NCBI GenBank assembly: GCA_020848155.1
Contig: JADLAR010000003.1
Coordinates: 3,089 to 67,088 of the forward strand
Length of the DNA stretch: 64,000 nt
Source of the DNA: Candidatus Sumerlaeota bacterium
GTDB taxonomy: Bacteria; Sumerlaeota; Sumerlaeia; SLMS01
Direction: 5' to 3'
This document shows, piece after piece, positions 49,122 through 58,821 of the stretch (within the stretch, counting starts at the first letter, position 1; every line of letters begins with the position of its first letter). The notes beneath the pieces are model-generated. The model was not told the DNA's origin and did not search any database. It worked only from the letters and a program-made list of their open reading frames with translations. The position numbers and the translations under genes were made by a program.

Positions 49122-49880
49122 ATGCCACAAGACACGGGCCACATGATTACGCTGAAAAACGCGGCCGCGGTGGGGGTGCTACTCTTGTCAGGCGCTGTGG
49201 CGGTTTCGATGGGCGAGCCACCAAGCGTGAGTGTTCCGCTCCGCCATGTGTTTCGCGATGAGGTGTTGGAGCTTCACGAGCCGCACTATGCACTCGCGGA
49301 TGGCACGGAAATTCAGATCACGCGCCTTGAATACCTCATCAGCAATGTGCGCGTGCAACGCGCCGGTGGGGAAATGGTCACGTTTCCCGGCCAGTATTTT
49401 CACATCGATGCGAAGGATCCTTGCAACATCACGCTTTCAGGACTCGCACCCTTGGACAAGGTGAGCACAATCTCCTTCACCATTGGCCTTGATGCGAAAA
49501 CAAATCATGCCGATCCAAACCAGTGGCCTGCGGGCCATGCGCTCAGCCCGCTTGACAACAACCTGCTTTGGGACTGGCAGGGTGGATATGTATTCCTTGC
49601 GATCGAAGGGCGCGTGCATCCCTCTGATCCAAAGCGCCCCGCATTCCTCTATCACATTGGAAATGACGGGAATCGCATCGATGTGACATGCTCGCTTGCG
49701 CACGCCATCGCCGCCGAAGACCTGCAGATCGACTTTGACGTGGATCGGCTGTGGGACGGCGACCTCCATGTTTCACTGACGCAGGACAGCAATTTCACGC
49801 ATTCCCGGGCAGGGGATGAATTGGCGCAGAAACTCGTGAAGAACGCGAAAAGTGCATTCAAGGCTGGGGAAAAGAAGTGA
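49122..49880 (+). CDS. MbnP-like periplasmic (putative copper-binding) protein
   Basis: ~250 aa, signal peptide. Precedes and overlaps a diheme peroxidase gene as in MbnP/MbnH pairs. Assignment rests on context and size, not a motif. Confidence 0.3.
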   Translation: MPQDTGHMITLKNAAAVGVLLLSGAVAVSMGEPPSVSVPLRHVFRDEVLELHEPHYALADGTEIQITRLEYLISNVRVQRAGGEMVTFPGQYFHIDAKDPCNITLSGLAPLDKVSTISFTIGLDAKTNHADPNQWPAGHALSPLDNNLLWDWQGGYVFLAIEGRVHPSDPKRPAFLYHIGNDGNRIDVTCSLAHAIAAEDLQIDFDVDRLWDGDLHVSLTQDSNFTHSRAGDELAQKLVKNAKSAFKAGEKK

Positions 49881-51019
49881 ATTGGGGCCGTGGATTTCGT
49901 GTCGTTGCGTTTCTCGCGCTGTGCGCGGCGGCGGCGGCAACAGCAACCTATCAACCGAAGCCCTACAAAATGGGGATTCGCGCGTTCTTTCCCAAGCCCA
50001 CGTTCCCTGCGGACAACCCCCTCACACAGGAGGGAGTCGCCCTCGGTGAGCGGCTTTTCTTTGAAACAGCGCTGTCGGAAACCGACAATATTTCCTGCGC
50101 GCACTGCCACATTCCCAGCGAATCGTTTTCCGATCCGCGGCGGGAAAGCATTGGGGTTCACCGTCGCCGCGGCCGACGCAATGCACAGCCCCTGTTCAAC
50201 CTCGTCTGGCGCCGCAATTTTTTCTGGGATGGTCGTGCGAAGACACTTCGCGAGCAAGTTCTTCAGCCCATTGCCGATCACAAGGAGATGAACCTCGATC
50301 CGGAGGAGGCTGCGGCCCGGCTGGGGGAAGATCCCGAATACAGTAGAGCGTTCGCCGCCGCGTTCAATGAAGCGCCCTCGCCGCGGACGATCTCCCTGGC
50401 GCTGGAACAGTTCCTTCTCACACAGATTTCCCAGGATTCGCGTTTTGACAAGATTCTACGCGGCGAGGCGAAAGCCACTCCGCAGGAGGAAAGGGGGCGC
50501 GCGCTCTTTTTCTCGGAGTATGATCCCGCCCATGGCATTCGCGGGGCGGATTGCTTCCATTGCCATGGCACCGCCGTCTTCACCAACGAGCGTTTTGCCA
50601 ACAATGGCCTTGAAACCCGCAATGGTGATGAGGGCCGTTTTGAAGTGACCGGCAAGGAGTACGACAAGGGATTGTTCAAGGTACCCTCGCTTCGCAACGT
50701 CGCGCTCACCGGGCCATACATGCACGATGGTCGTTTCCGTTCGCTGCGCGAGGTTATTGAGCACTACTCGAATGGCATGGTTCTGACCGCCAACCTGGAT
50801 CCCAACCTCGCCAAGCACGGCGGGCAGATTGGACTCTCCGAAGCGGACAAGGAAGCGCTCGTCGCATTCCTCGAAACACTCACGGACGAGTCCTTCGTCG
50901 ACCGTGCAAAAGCGCTGGAAAGGAAGCACGGCTTTCAGCTTCCGCCCGGCCCGCCCCGTGGGCTTCTCGATTTTGACTCGCCGCCGCCGCCCCCGCCTCC
51001 ACCACCGCGACGACGATAA
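49877..51019 (+). CDS. Diheme cytochrome c peroxidase family (CCP/MauG/MbnH-like)
   Basis: CAHCH and CFHCH heme sites. PSLRNVALTGPYMHDG motif. Poly-Pro C-terminal tail. Confidence 0.8.
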   Translation: MNWGRGFRVVAFLALCAAAAATATYQPKPYKMGIRAFFPKPTFPADNPLTQEGVALGERLFFETALSETDNISCAHCHIPSESFSDPRRESIGVHRRRGRRNAQPLFNLVWRRNFFWDGRAKTLREQVLQPIADHKEMNLDPEEAAARLGEDPEYSRAFAAAFNEAPSPRTISLALEQFLLTQISQDSRFDKILRGEAKATPQEERGRALFFSEYDPAHGIRGADCFHCHGTAVFTNERFANNGLETRNGDEGRFEVTGKEYDKGLFKVPSLRNVALTGPYMHDGRFRSLREVIEHYSNGMVLTANLDPNLAKHGGQIGLSEADKEALVAFLETLTDESFVDRAKALERKHGFQLPPGPPRGLLDFDSPPPPPPPPPRRR

Positions 51020-51096
51020 GTCCAGCGCAAGATACAGGCGCGTGAACGCATCCCCTTGCTTGACGCACCAGCTTTCCTCTTCCTTGATTTCATACA

Positions 51097-52026
51097 ATGT
51101 CAGCGTCCAAGCCAAGAGTGCTCATTACCGGCGGTGCGGGCTTCATCGGAAGCCACCTCGCCCGCGCATGGTCGAACGACGGTGCGGAGGTCGTTGTCTT
51201 CGACTCCCTTCGTACCGGAAGGCTGGAAAACCTTCAGGGCATCCGCCATCACTTCATCGAGGGCACTGTGGAGGACCTTCGGGCGCTTTCCCGCGCGGCG
51301 GAGAACGTGGAGGTCATTCATCACCTCGCCGCGATGGTGTCCGTTCCTGAATCAGTTGCAATGCCGGACCTGTGCGATGCCATCAATGTTGCCGGCACCG
51401 CGAATGTGATCGCCGCAGCCCGGCTCCATCAGGTGAAACGCATTGTGTTCTCATCCACCTGCGCGGTGTATGGGATGGTTGATCGACCGATCCATTGCGA
51501 GTCGGACGAGCCTGCACCCGCCAGTCCCTACGCGGCCTCGAAGCTTGCGGGCGAGCAGCTTCTGGCGGAATTTCCCGGCGCCGTCAGCCTTCGCTACTTC
51601 AATGTCTACGGCCCCGGACAGGACCCAAACGGGGCGTACGCCGCCGCCATTGCGGCCTTCGCCGCCCGCGCCCGTTCCGATGCGCCAATCACGGTGTACG
51701 GCGATGGAGAGCAGACGCGCGATTTCATCCATGTGGATGACGTCGTGCGGGCGAACCTGCTCGCGGCCACCACCGGCAGTGGCGTCTATAACGTCAGCAC
51801 GGGTGAACGGATCACGATCAATGAGCTGGCTCGCAACGTCATCAGCGCTGCCGATTCGAAGTCGACCATCCAGCATGCTCCCGCCCGCGCGGGTGATGTC
51901 AGGAATTCCAGGGGCGATGCAACCCGTCTGAAGGCGCTCGGTTGGAGCGCGCGTGTTCCACTCGCCCGTGGCATTGCGGGCGTCATCAATATTGTCCCAT
52001 CCCCAATTGATCGAGGCCATCCGTGA
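51097..52026 (+). CDS. NAD-dependent epimerase/dehydratase (UDP-sugar 4-epimerase-like)
   Basis: LITGGAGFIGSHL Rossmann motif. YAASK catalytic pattern. Confidence 0.82.
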   Translation: MSASKPRVLITGGAGFIGSHLARAWSNDGAEVVVFDSLRTGRLENLQGIRHHFIEGTVEDLRALSRAAENVEVIHHLAAMVSVPESVAMPDLCDAINVAGTANVIAAARLHQVKRIVFSSTCAVYGMVDRPIHCESDEPAPASPYAASKLAGEQLLAEFPGAVSLRYFNVYGPGQDPNGAYAAAIAAFAARARSDAPITVYGDGEQTRDFIHVDDVVRANLLAATTGSGVYNVSTGERITINELARNVISAADSKSTIQHAPARAGDVRNSRGDATRLKALGWSARVPLARGIAGVINIVPSPIDRGHP

Positions 52027-53708
52027 CGATTTTCCGAACAGCCAGGCAATCACTGACCGCTACTCTGGCGGGATGGATGCTTCTCTTTTCCGGGCAGATT
52101 TTCGCCAGCCCGGGCGAGGTCTCCAATGTGCATGTTGTTCCGGCCCCCCTGCTGTTGGAGTACGGCAGCGGAAGATTTGGTGTCGAACAGGGACTCAATA
52201 TCTTCGTAAAGGACAAATCCGGCCCCGCATTCACGGCTGCGGAACTCCTTCGCGAGAAGATTGCAACCTCGACGGGACTCGACGTGGAGATAAAACATTC
52301 CATCCCATCGAAGGCTATTCCAAACTCCATCCAACTTCTTGCAACGGACACTGATGATTCGCTGGGTGATGAGGGATACACCATCAACGTCACCAGCAGG
52401 GGCATCATCGCGCGCGCACCGAAGGCCGCAGGGTTGCTTTATGCGGCGGAAACGATCCGCCAATTGTTTCCGGCGGAATTGGAATCAAAAGCACAGGTGC
52501 CCGGCCTCAAGCTTTCAATCCCTGCGCTGACGATCATCGACAAGCCGCGCTTCAAGTGGCGTGGCTGCATGCTTGATTGCAGCCGGCATTTCATGGAGAA
52601 GGAATTCATCTTCCACTACCTCCAGGTACTCGCGTACTACAAGATCAACGTATTCCACTGGCACCTGACCGATGACCAGGGATGGCGCCTTGAGATCAGG
52701 AAGTATCCGCGGCTCACGGAATTTGGCGCGTGGCGCAAAGGCGAAAACGGGGCGCCTTTCGAGGATGGAAAAACCTACGGTGGGTTCTACACGCAGGAGG
52801 ACGTGCGCGATGTCATCGCGTTTGCCCGGAAGTTGAACATTCGCGTCATTCCCGAAATCGAGATGCCCGGCCATTCCTCGGCCGCGATCGCCAGCTATCC
52901 CTACCTGTCCTGCAATGAGGACATGACCGAGGTGCGAACCGAATGGGGAATCGAAAAGACGATCCTTTGTGCCGGGAAGGAATCGGTCTTTGAATTTGAG
53001 GAGAATGTCCTCGCGGAAGTCGCCGAGCTTTTTCCCGACGAGTATGTGCACATCGGTGGTGACGAGGCGCTGAAGGACAAGTGGAAGCAATGTCCCCGCT
53101 GCCAGGCACGCATCAAGGAGGAGGGCCTGAAGGACGAGCAGGAGCTTCAGTCCTACTTCGTCAAGCGCATCGAAAAGATCCTCAACAAGCATGGCAAAAA
53201 GATGATCGGCTGGGACGAGATTTATCAGGGCGGGCTTTCGTCGACGGCCGTCGTGCAGTACTGGAACCACGACGACTATTTTCGGGGAGCCATTGCAAAC
53301 GGGAACCACGTCGTCACATCACCCACAAAGTTCGCGTACTTCGATTATCCTGAATCGGAAAACACAGACAAGCCGAAGTGGATGCGGGTGACCCCCCTCT
53401 CAAAGGTCTATTCCTTCGATCCAATCATTGAAGGCGTGGAGCCATGGCAGGAGCATCTCGTCCTCGGCGGTGAGGCGCCGCTTTGGACGGAGCATGCTCC
53501 GCAGGAGCGCGTTGAGTTTCAGATTCTTCCGCGCCTTGCGGCTTTCAGCGAAGTGCTCTGGTCCCGCCGCGGGCCGAAGGACTACGAGGATTTCCTGAAT
53601 CGGCTCGACGCCAACTACCTGCGGCTTGACGTGATGGGCATCAAGTACAACCCGTTTGAGAAGGAAAATCGCGGCAAACCGGAAACAGCGGTCACGCCTG
53701 CTCCATGA
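52023..53708 (+). CDS. Beta-N-acetylhexosaminidase, GH20
   Basis: HWHLTDDQGWRLEI. HIGGDEA catalytic region. Signal peptide. Confidence 0.8.
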   Translation: MTIFRTARQSLTATLAGWMLLFSGQIFASPGEVSNVHVVPAPLLLEYGSGRFGVEQGLNIFVKDKSGPAFTAAELLREKIATSTGLDVEIKHSIPSKAIPNSIQLLATDTDDSLGDEGYTINVTSRGIIARAPKAAGLLYAAETIRQLFPAELESKAQVPGLKLSIPALTIIDKPRFKWRGCMLDCSRHFMEKEFIFHYLQVLAYYKINVFHWHLTDDQGWRLEIRKYPRLTEFGAWRKGENGAPFEDGKTYGGFYTQEDVRDVIAFARKLNIRVIPEIEMPGHSSAAIASYPYLSCNEDMTEVRTEWGIEKTILCAGKESVFEFEENVLAEVAELFPDEYVHIGGDEALKDKWKQCPRCQARIKEEGLKDEQELQSYFVKRIEKILNKHGKKMIGWDEIYQGGLSSTAVVQYWNHDDYFRGAIANGNHVVTSPTKFAYFDYPESENTDKPKWMRVTPLSKVYSFDPIIEGVEPWQEHLVLGGEAPLWTEHAPQERVEFQILPRLAAFSEVLWSRRGPKDYEDFLNRLDANYLRLDVMGIKYNPFEKENRGKPETAVTPAP

Positions 53709-53757
53709 GCAATATTACCAGCGCAGCAGAGAGCCTTGTCGTGCGCGGCGGGCGCGA

Positions 53758-54231
53758 TCATGTTGCCCGGGAGGGGCTCAGGCGCTTCTTCATCATGCGG
53801 TGGGGGATTCCCGCGTCATCATAGGCGTCACCGTAGGCTGAGAATCCGTGGCGCTCGTAAAACGGGATCGCATGCAATTGCGCTGACAATGCAAGCTCCC
53901 CGTAATCGCGCCGGACCGCCTCCTCCATCAGTGCACGAATGATGGTGCTCCCCGCGCCGGAGCCGCGGTGTGATTTCAGAACCGCCATCCGGCCAATCTT
54001 TCCAAGTTTCTTTTCGGCGTCGCCGTCAAACAAGCGGCCTGTTGCCACAGGTTCGTCGCCATCGAAGGCAATCACATGGTAGGCAATGTCATCGATGGCA
54101 TCGATTTCCTCCTCCGCCGGCACGCGTTGCTCATCAACGAACACGGCGAAGCGAATTGCCACCGCCTGTTTCGCTGCATCCGAACCCCATGCGAATGGTA
54201 CAACGCGGTACGGTGTGGCTTTTCCGTTCAC
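53758..54231 (-). CDS. GNAT-family N-acetyltransferase
   Basis: RGSGAGSTIIRALMEEA is an acetyl-CoA-binding motif. 157 aa. Confidence 0.68.
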   Translation of the reverse strand: MNGKATPYRVVPFAWGSDAAKQAVAIRFAVFVDEQRVPAEEEIDAIDDIAYHVIAFDGDEPVATGRLFDGDAEKKLGKIGRMAVLKSHRGSGAGSTIIRALMEEAVRRDYGELALSAQLHAIPFYERHGFSAYGDAYDDAGIPHRMMKKRLSPSRAT

Positions 54232-55094
54232 AAGGTATTGCGTATATACGTCGCGAGAAGGAAGCTGTAGATGTTGGCCGTGCGGATGTCGCGCTTTGCG
54301 TAGGGCGAAAGGATCATGCCCGGCGGGGGGGTAAATTCACCCGGAACCGATGCGAAGTCGCGCGCCACCTCCTCCAGGTGCGCACAACTGTCCTGGAAGC
54401 GTCGGTCCACGGACACTTTTGCGTGCGCCTCCAGTTCTACCAGGAAGTCCTCCACCGTTGCGCCCGGCTTTGCAATCAGCGTTTCAAAGCTGAACAGGGC
54501 GGCATCCAACCGCGGTGTGATGTTTGTGGAGCGGCGATGGATGTCGATCAGCAGGGCGCTTTTTCCATCCTCACACTGGACGGGAAGCAATGCGATCCCG
54601 CCAATGTCCTCGAAGGGGCAATACAGCGGCTTGTCATTGAAATCGCGAAACGCGATGCCGCCTGCACCGCGGTTTGCCGCCGCCGCGGAGAGCATCAAGT
54701 GGCTGCGCACGTCCTGGTCGCTGACCAGGAGTGATGTGATTCCAAAGGCGCGAAGCTGCCCCTGAAGGCCCTCGGCGTTGGCTTTTTTTGCGTATCGTTG
54801 CAGGACCTCGAACGTCGTCGTCAGCAGCTTCCGGCGCACGGTTTCCTCGTCCAGCTTCAACAGGCGCGAAAGGGGACGCAGCGAATCCCCGGTATCGGGC
54901 CGCTGCGGTGGAATCACGATGTAGTAGGTGACTTGTGGGGGTGTCATGGCGGCATCCATCGCAAAGCCGGCGACGGCGGGCAAGGGTGGAAAGGCCCGAA
55001 GCTCTTCCCCCTTGAGCAAAAATGCCTGATCCATGACCATCGCTTCACACAATTCCCCGCTGGCGCAACACCTTGGAACTCTCGCTCGTACCAA
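54228..55094 (-). CDS. Hypothetical protein
   Basis: 288-aa ORF overlapping the GNAT start by 4 nt. No domain recognised. Confidence 0.35.
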   Translation of the reverse strand: MVRARVPRCCASGELCEAMVMDQAFLLKGEELRAFPPLPAVAGFAMDAAMTPPQVTYYIVIPPQRPDTGDSLRPLSRLLKLDEETVRRKLLTTTFEVLQRYAKKANAEGLQGQLRAFGITSLLVSDQDVRSHLMLSAAAANRGAGGIAFRDFNDKPLYCPFEDIGGIALLPVQCEDGKSALLIDIHRRSTNITPRLDAALFSFETLIAKPGATVEDFLVELEAHAKVSVDRRFQDSCAHLEEVARDFASVPGEFTPPPGMILSPYAKRDIRTANIYSFLLATYIRNTL

Positions 55095-56794
55095 TCATCG
55101 CCCTCGTCTTCATCAACCTGTGCGTTGTTGCCTATGTTGTGCGGCAGAGCGACCGCAGCCGGTCCGGTTTTTTCCTCTTCCTGAACGCACTTTCGCTCAT
55201 CATGTGGTCCTTCGGGAAAATCATGGCCAAATCCATTCCCAATGCGGGCATCTGGTTCAACGCGCTTCCCTACCTCTCCGGGGTGATCATCCCCGGCAAC
55301 ATGCTCTACTATGCGCTCACGCGGCCCCGCTCCATGGGCGCATTCTGGTCCAGGCCGGCTGGTGGAATCCTGATCTTCGCACCCGGCCTCATCATCACCC
55401 TCTTTCAGGACTACACGACGCCCGGTTCGATGCTGTTCGACTACAACTTTTGGTCGGACACACTGCCGTTGGGAGACCCCATGCGTCGCGCCGCAATGCT
55501 CTACATGATTGCGTTGCTGGTCACATCCGTCGCGGTGCTCGGCATTCGGTACCACACTGCCAACGGACCGGAAAAGAACATCAGCAAGCACCTGATCGCG
55601 ACAATATTGGGTCCCCTTTTCTTTGCCAGCTCGTTCTGGATTTCATCGCGCGAACCCGGCCCCGCGCTGATTCCATCGCCCAGCATGGTTGTCGCGTTCA
55701 TGGCGCAACTGAGCCTGATCGCGGTCCTACGGCAGGAGGAAATCGACAATCCGCGCCTCCTCAGCCGCATCGTGTTTTATGGTGCTCTGGTCCTCGTCGC
55801 GTTCATCGTCATCAACCTTGCCTCAGAGGTTTACATCTATGTGAAGGGGGGCATCGTCCTGGATCGTGTCGTCACCTGGATGCTCATCGGGGCGATCCTG
55901 ATCTTTTTCCTGGCAGCGCGCCTGAGCCTCGCGGAGCGCACCTTCGACGAACTGATGTTCCGCCGCGCATCCGAGTATCGCAAGTTGATCGAGGACACGC
56001 GCACTGAATTGCGCGATGCGCGCGAGCGCCTGCTGCGCTCTGAGAAACTGTCAGCTGTGGGCGAACTTGCCGCGCGTGTGGCCCATGAAATCAAGAATCC
56101 GCTGGGTCCCATCAAGGGCTACACGCAAATGATGCGTGAGAAGCTTGAGGCGGACACGGAGTTTCGCCACCGCGACGAGTTTCTCCGCCACCTTGACGTC
56201 ATTGCGGAGGAGGTGGAGAACATCGACCGCCGCATCCACCAGTTCCTGAACGCGTCGCGCCAGCCGCAGTTGATGATCGAACCAACCAACATCAACCGCA
56301 TCGTTGACAGGTGTGGTCGCATCCTGAACCTGGAGATTGCGGCGGCGGGGGATCCACCCAGCGGTTACACTCCCGTGGCGGTGCGTGTGCAACTGGACGA
56401 AAACGCGACAGAAATCGACGTTGACAGTGGAAGAATCGAGGAGGCGATTTTCAACCTCGCGCGAAATGCCCTCGAGGCGGTGAACAACGAAAGCGGTGGC
56501 TACATCCGCATGAAGACGACGCGCTATTTTCGCAATGGCGAGGAAGGAATTCTTGTCACCGTCCAGGATTCGGGGCCTGGCTTTTCAACCGAAAGCATCG
56601 AGCGGCTCTTCGAGCCGTTCTATACAAGCAAGCGCGCTGGAACGGGCCTTGGGCTTGCCATCGTCAGGAGCACCATCGAGGCCCACGGGGGAACCATTGA
56701 ACTTGGAAATCGAAAAGAGGGAGGTGGAGAGGCGCTCATCTGGCTGCCATACCACCCGGTTCGCAATCCGGGCGCCCTCCTTCCGAAGGCATGA
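55073..56794 (+). CDS. Membrane sensor histidine kinase (multi-TM N-terminus, HisKA, HATPase)
   Basis: AARVAHEIKNPL H-box. GTGLGLAIV G2 box. Confidence 0.72.
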   Translation: MELSLVPIIALVFINLCVVAYVVRQSDRSRSGFFLFLNALSLIMWSFGKIMAKSIPNAGIWFNALPYLSGVIIPGNMLYYALTRPRSMGAFWSRPAGGILIFAPGLIITLFQDYTTPGSMLFDYNFWSDTLPLGDPMRRAAMLYMIALLVTSVAVLGIRYHTANGPEKNISKHLIATILGPLFFASSFWISSREPGPALIPSPSMVVAFMAQLSLIAVLRQEEIDNPRLLSRIVFYGALVLVAFIVINLASEVYIYVKGGIVLDRVVTWMLIGAILIFFLAARLSLAERTFDELMFRRASEYRKLIEDTRTELRDARERLLRSEKLSAVGELAARVAHEIKNPLGPIKGYTQMMREKLEADTEFRHRDEFLRHLDVIAEEVENIDRRIHQFLNASRQPQLMIEPTNINRIVDRCGRILNLEIAAAGDPPSGYTPVAVRVQLDENATEIDVDSGRIEEAIFNLARNALEAVNNESGGYIRMKTTRYFRNGEEGILVTVQDSGPGFSTESIERLFEPFYTSKRAGTGLGLAIVRSTIEAHGGTIELGNRKEGGGEALIWLPYHPVRNPGALLPKA

Positions 56795-56805
56795 CACGCA
56801 GCCCC

Positions 56806-58101
56806 TTACTTGGCGGCTTCCATCACGGTATAGACAACGTCGCTTTCCTTCCCGTTCCGCCACAACTTCAGCTTCACCTGATCGCCCACCTGGCGACTGG
56901 CAAAAAGAAGGTAGAACTCCTCGCGGCTGGTAACCGTGCGGCCTTCAGCGGTGACGATGACATCGCCCACATTGATGCCGGCCTGTTCGGCGGGCCCGCC
57001 AGAGCGCACATCCATCACCTGCACGCCGGAAACACGCGGCGTCCTCAGCGTCCTGAACGCAAAGTCCAACAGCAGCGGGCGCAACCTCCCGTACTTCTTG
57101 ATCTCATCCACGACTCCTCTCACGCGGTTCGCGGGAATGGCAAAGCTGACGCCCGTGCTTCCACCTGACGGTGAGAAAATGAATGTGTTCACGCCGACAA
57201 CGTCCCCGTTCACGTCCACCAGCGGGCCGCCACTGTTTCCCGGATTGATGGACGCGTCTGTCTGGATCATGTCCTGGTAGACGCGCATGATGTTGCTATC
57301 GGGACGAATGGTGCGATGCAGCGCGCTGATGTATCCGGCTGTCACCGTTGGTCGTGAATCTTCCATCAGGTTTCCGAAGGGATTTCCGAACGCCACCACC
57401 TGCTCGCCAATCTGAAGCTCGTCGGACTCTGCAAACTCCAGGGGTTCGGGCAGCGTCGTTCCATCATCCGCCTTGATTTGGAGCACGGCGATGTCCGCGT
57501 AACGATCCGCATCAACAAGTGATGCTTCAAACTCCCGACCATCGGGCAGTGTCACAAAGAAGGAAAGCGAATCATCGATCACGTGGAAGTTGGTGACCAC
57601 ATGCCCTTCCTTATCAATGATGAAGCCGCTTCCCATGTAGGGGAGGCGCTGCTTTTCCAGTCGCAATCGGGAGCCGATGAAAAACTCCGTCACCCAGGGT
57701 TGCTCCACATATTGGCGTTTCACGGCGCCGACCGTCACCACGGAATCGCTGACCTTCTTCACGATGCGCGTGACAGTCGTTTCGGGTTTGGGTGCCCGCT
57801 TTACGGGAAGTGGATCGCTGCTGGCGGGTTGCTTTGACACGGCTGCCTGTGCTGGAGCCGCCGCGAGTTCAGCCAATCGTTCTTCAGGGCGGGAGACAAA
57901 GATTCCAACCGTCAAACCAAGCAAAATCAATGCGCCAGCCCCAACCAGCTTCGCCAACCCGCGACTTTTCATGAAGCACTCCACACAAGTGTGACCACTG
58001 ACTTCACGGGATAAGATTGCAAAACTCCTGCCGAGGTTTGGAGTGGCGTAGGAGGGCGCTTCCGTCCCAAGTCCGATTGTAAAAAGAGACCTTCGCGGCA
58101 T
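56806..58101 (-). CDS. HtrA/DegP-family periplasmic serine protease with PDZ domain
   Basis: GSGFIIDKEGHVVTNFHV, DASINPGNSGGPLVD. C-terminal PDZ. Confidence 0.85.
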   Translation of the reverse strand: MPRRSLFTIGLGTEAPSYATPNLGRSFAILSREVSGHTCVECFMKSRGLAKLVGAGALILLGLTVGIFVSRPEERLAELAAAPAQAAVSKQPASSDPLPVKRAPKPETTVTRIVKKVSDSVVTVGAVKRQYVEQPWVTEFFIGSRLRLEKQRLPYMGSGFIIDKEGHVVTNFHVIDDSLSFFVTLPDGREFEASLVDADRYADIAVLQIKADDGTTLPEPLEFAESDELQIGEQVVAFGNPFGNLMEDSRPTVTAGYISALHRTIRPDSNIMRVYQDMIQTDASINPGNSGGPLVDVNGDVVGVNTFIFSPSGGSTGVSFAIPANRVRGVVDEIKKYGRLRPLLLDFAFRTLRTPRVSGVQVMDVRSGGPAEQAGINVGDVIVTAEGRTVTSREEFYLLFASRQVGDQVKLKLWRNGKESDVVYTVMEAAK

Positions 58102-58143
58102 GATGACATGCCGCGAAGAGTCATCGCCTGCCTGAGACGCTAT

Positions 58144-58539
58144 CTATTCCATTCTGTTGGCGCGAACATCCAGATCGCTGGAATCGATGCGATAATCTGT
58201 ATTGAGATCAGACCCCACCAAACTTTGCCTTTGAAATTTCTGGGTGTTTGTCAGGTGACCCAGGTACTCCGTCACACTTGGAAGGGAGCGTCCCTCAATC
58301 TCGACCGCCGGCCCGATCTCAAAAGGAGCGCCGCTGCCCAGTGTCACATTGATCAAAGATCGATTGCCTGTCGCGATATCGACTTTCATGAATTTGGTGT
58401 TGGTGGTCAGATACAAGCTCGAATTGTCCGGACTCATCTTCAGGAAGCTCGGATTGAAAAGTGCAGGGCTGGTCCCTTTCACTTTGGGATCAAGCACTGT
58501 TCCGAAGGTCGCTGACAACTCGTGCTCCGTCATGCTCAA
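58144..58539 (-). CDS. Hypothetical protein
   Basis: ORF only. Confidence 0.25.
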   Translation of the reverse strand: MSMTEHELSATFGTVLDPKVKGTSPALFNPSFLKMSPDNSSLYLTTNTKFMKVDIATGNRSLINVTLGSGAPFEIGPAVEIEGRSLPSVTEYLGHLTNTQKFQRQSLVGSDLNTDYRIDSSDLDVRANRME

Positions 58540-58821
58540 GGATGTGTCATAGACCTTCGCAGTAATCTCTTCCTTGTGCAGGGTGTCAGTAATTGCCGTG
58601 GCGAATGGACCTTGGTAGACGACAAACCCTCCATTGTATCGGGATCGGTTGTGCTCCCAAGCAGTGAGTAATCGGTCAGGCTGTGTCGGTTAATGAGCAT
58701 CTTGGTTTACTTTCTTTGATAACCCAGACAGACGAGAGCGGATCTAACAATGGCCCGGAGCGCTGATGTCGCTTGGCTTGAGTCTCTTGCCCGGCTCGCT
58801 TTTTTTGCGATCCATTGGTTT

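Noticed and set aside
52515-53309. 264-aa minus-strand ORF
   Set aside because: Antisense to the GH20 hexosaminidase gene.
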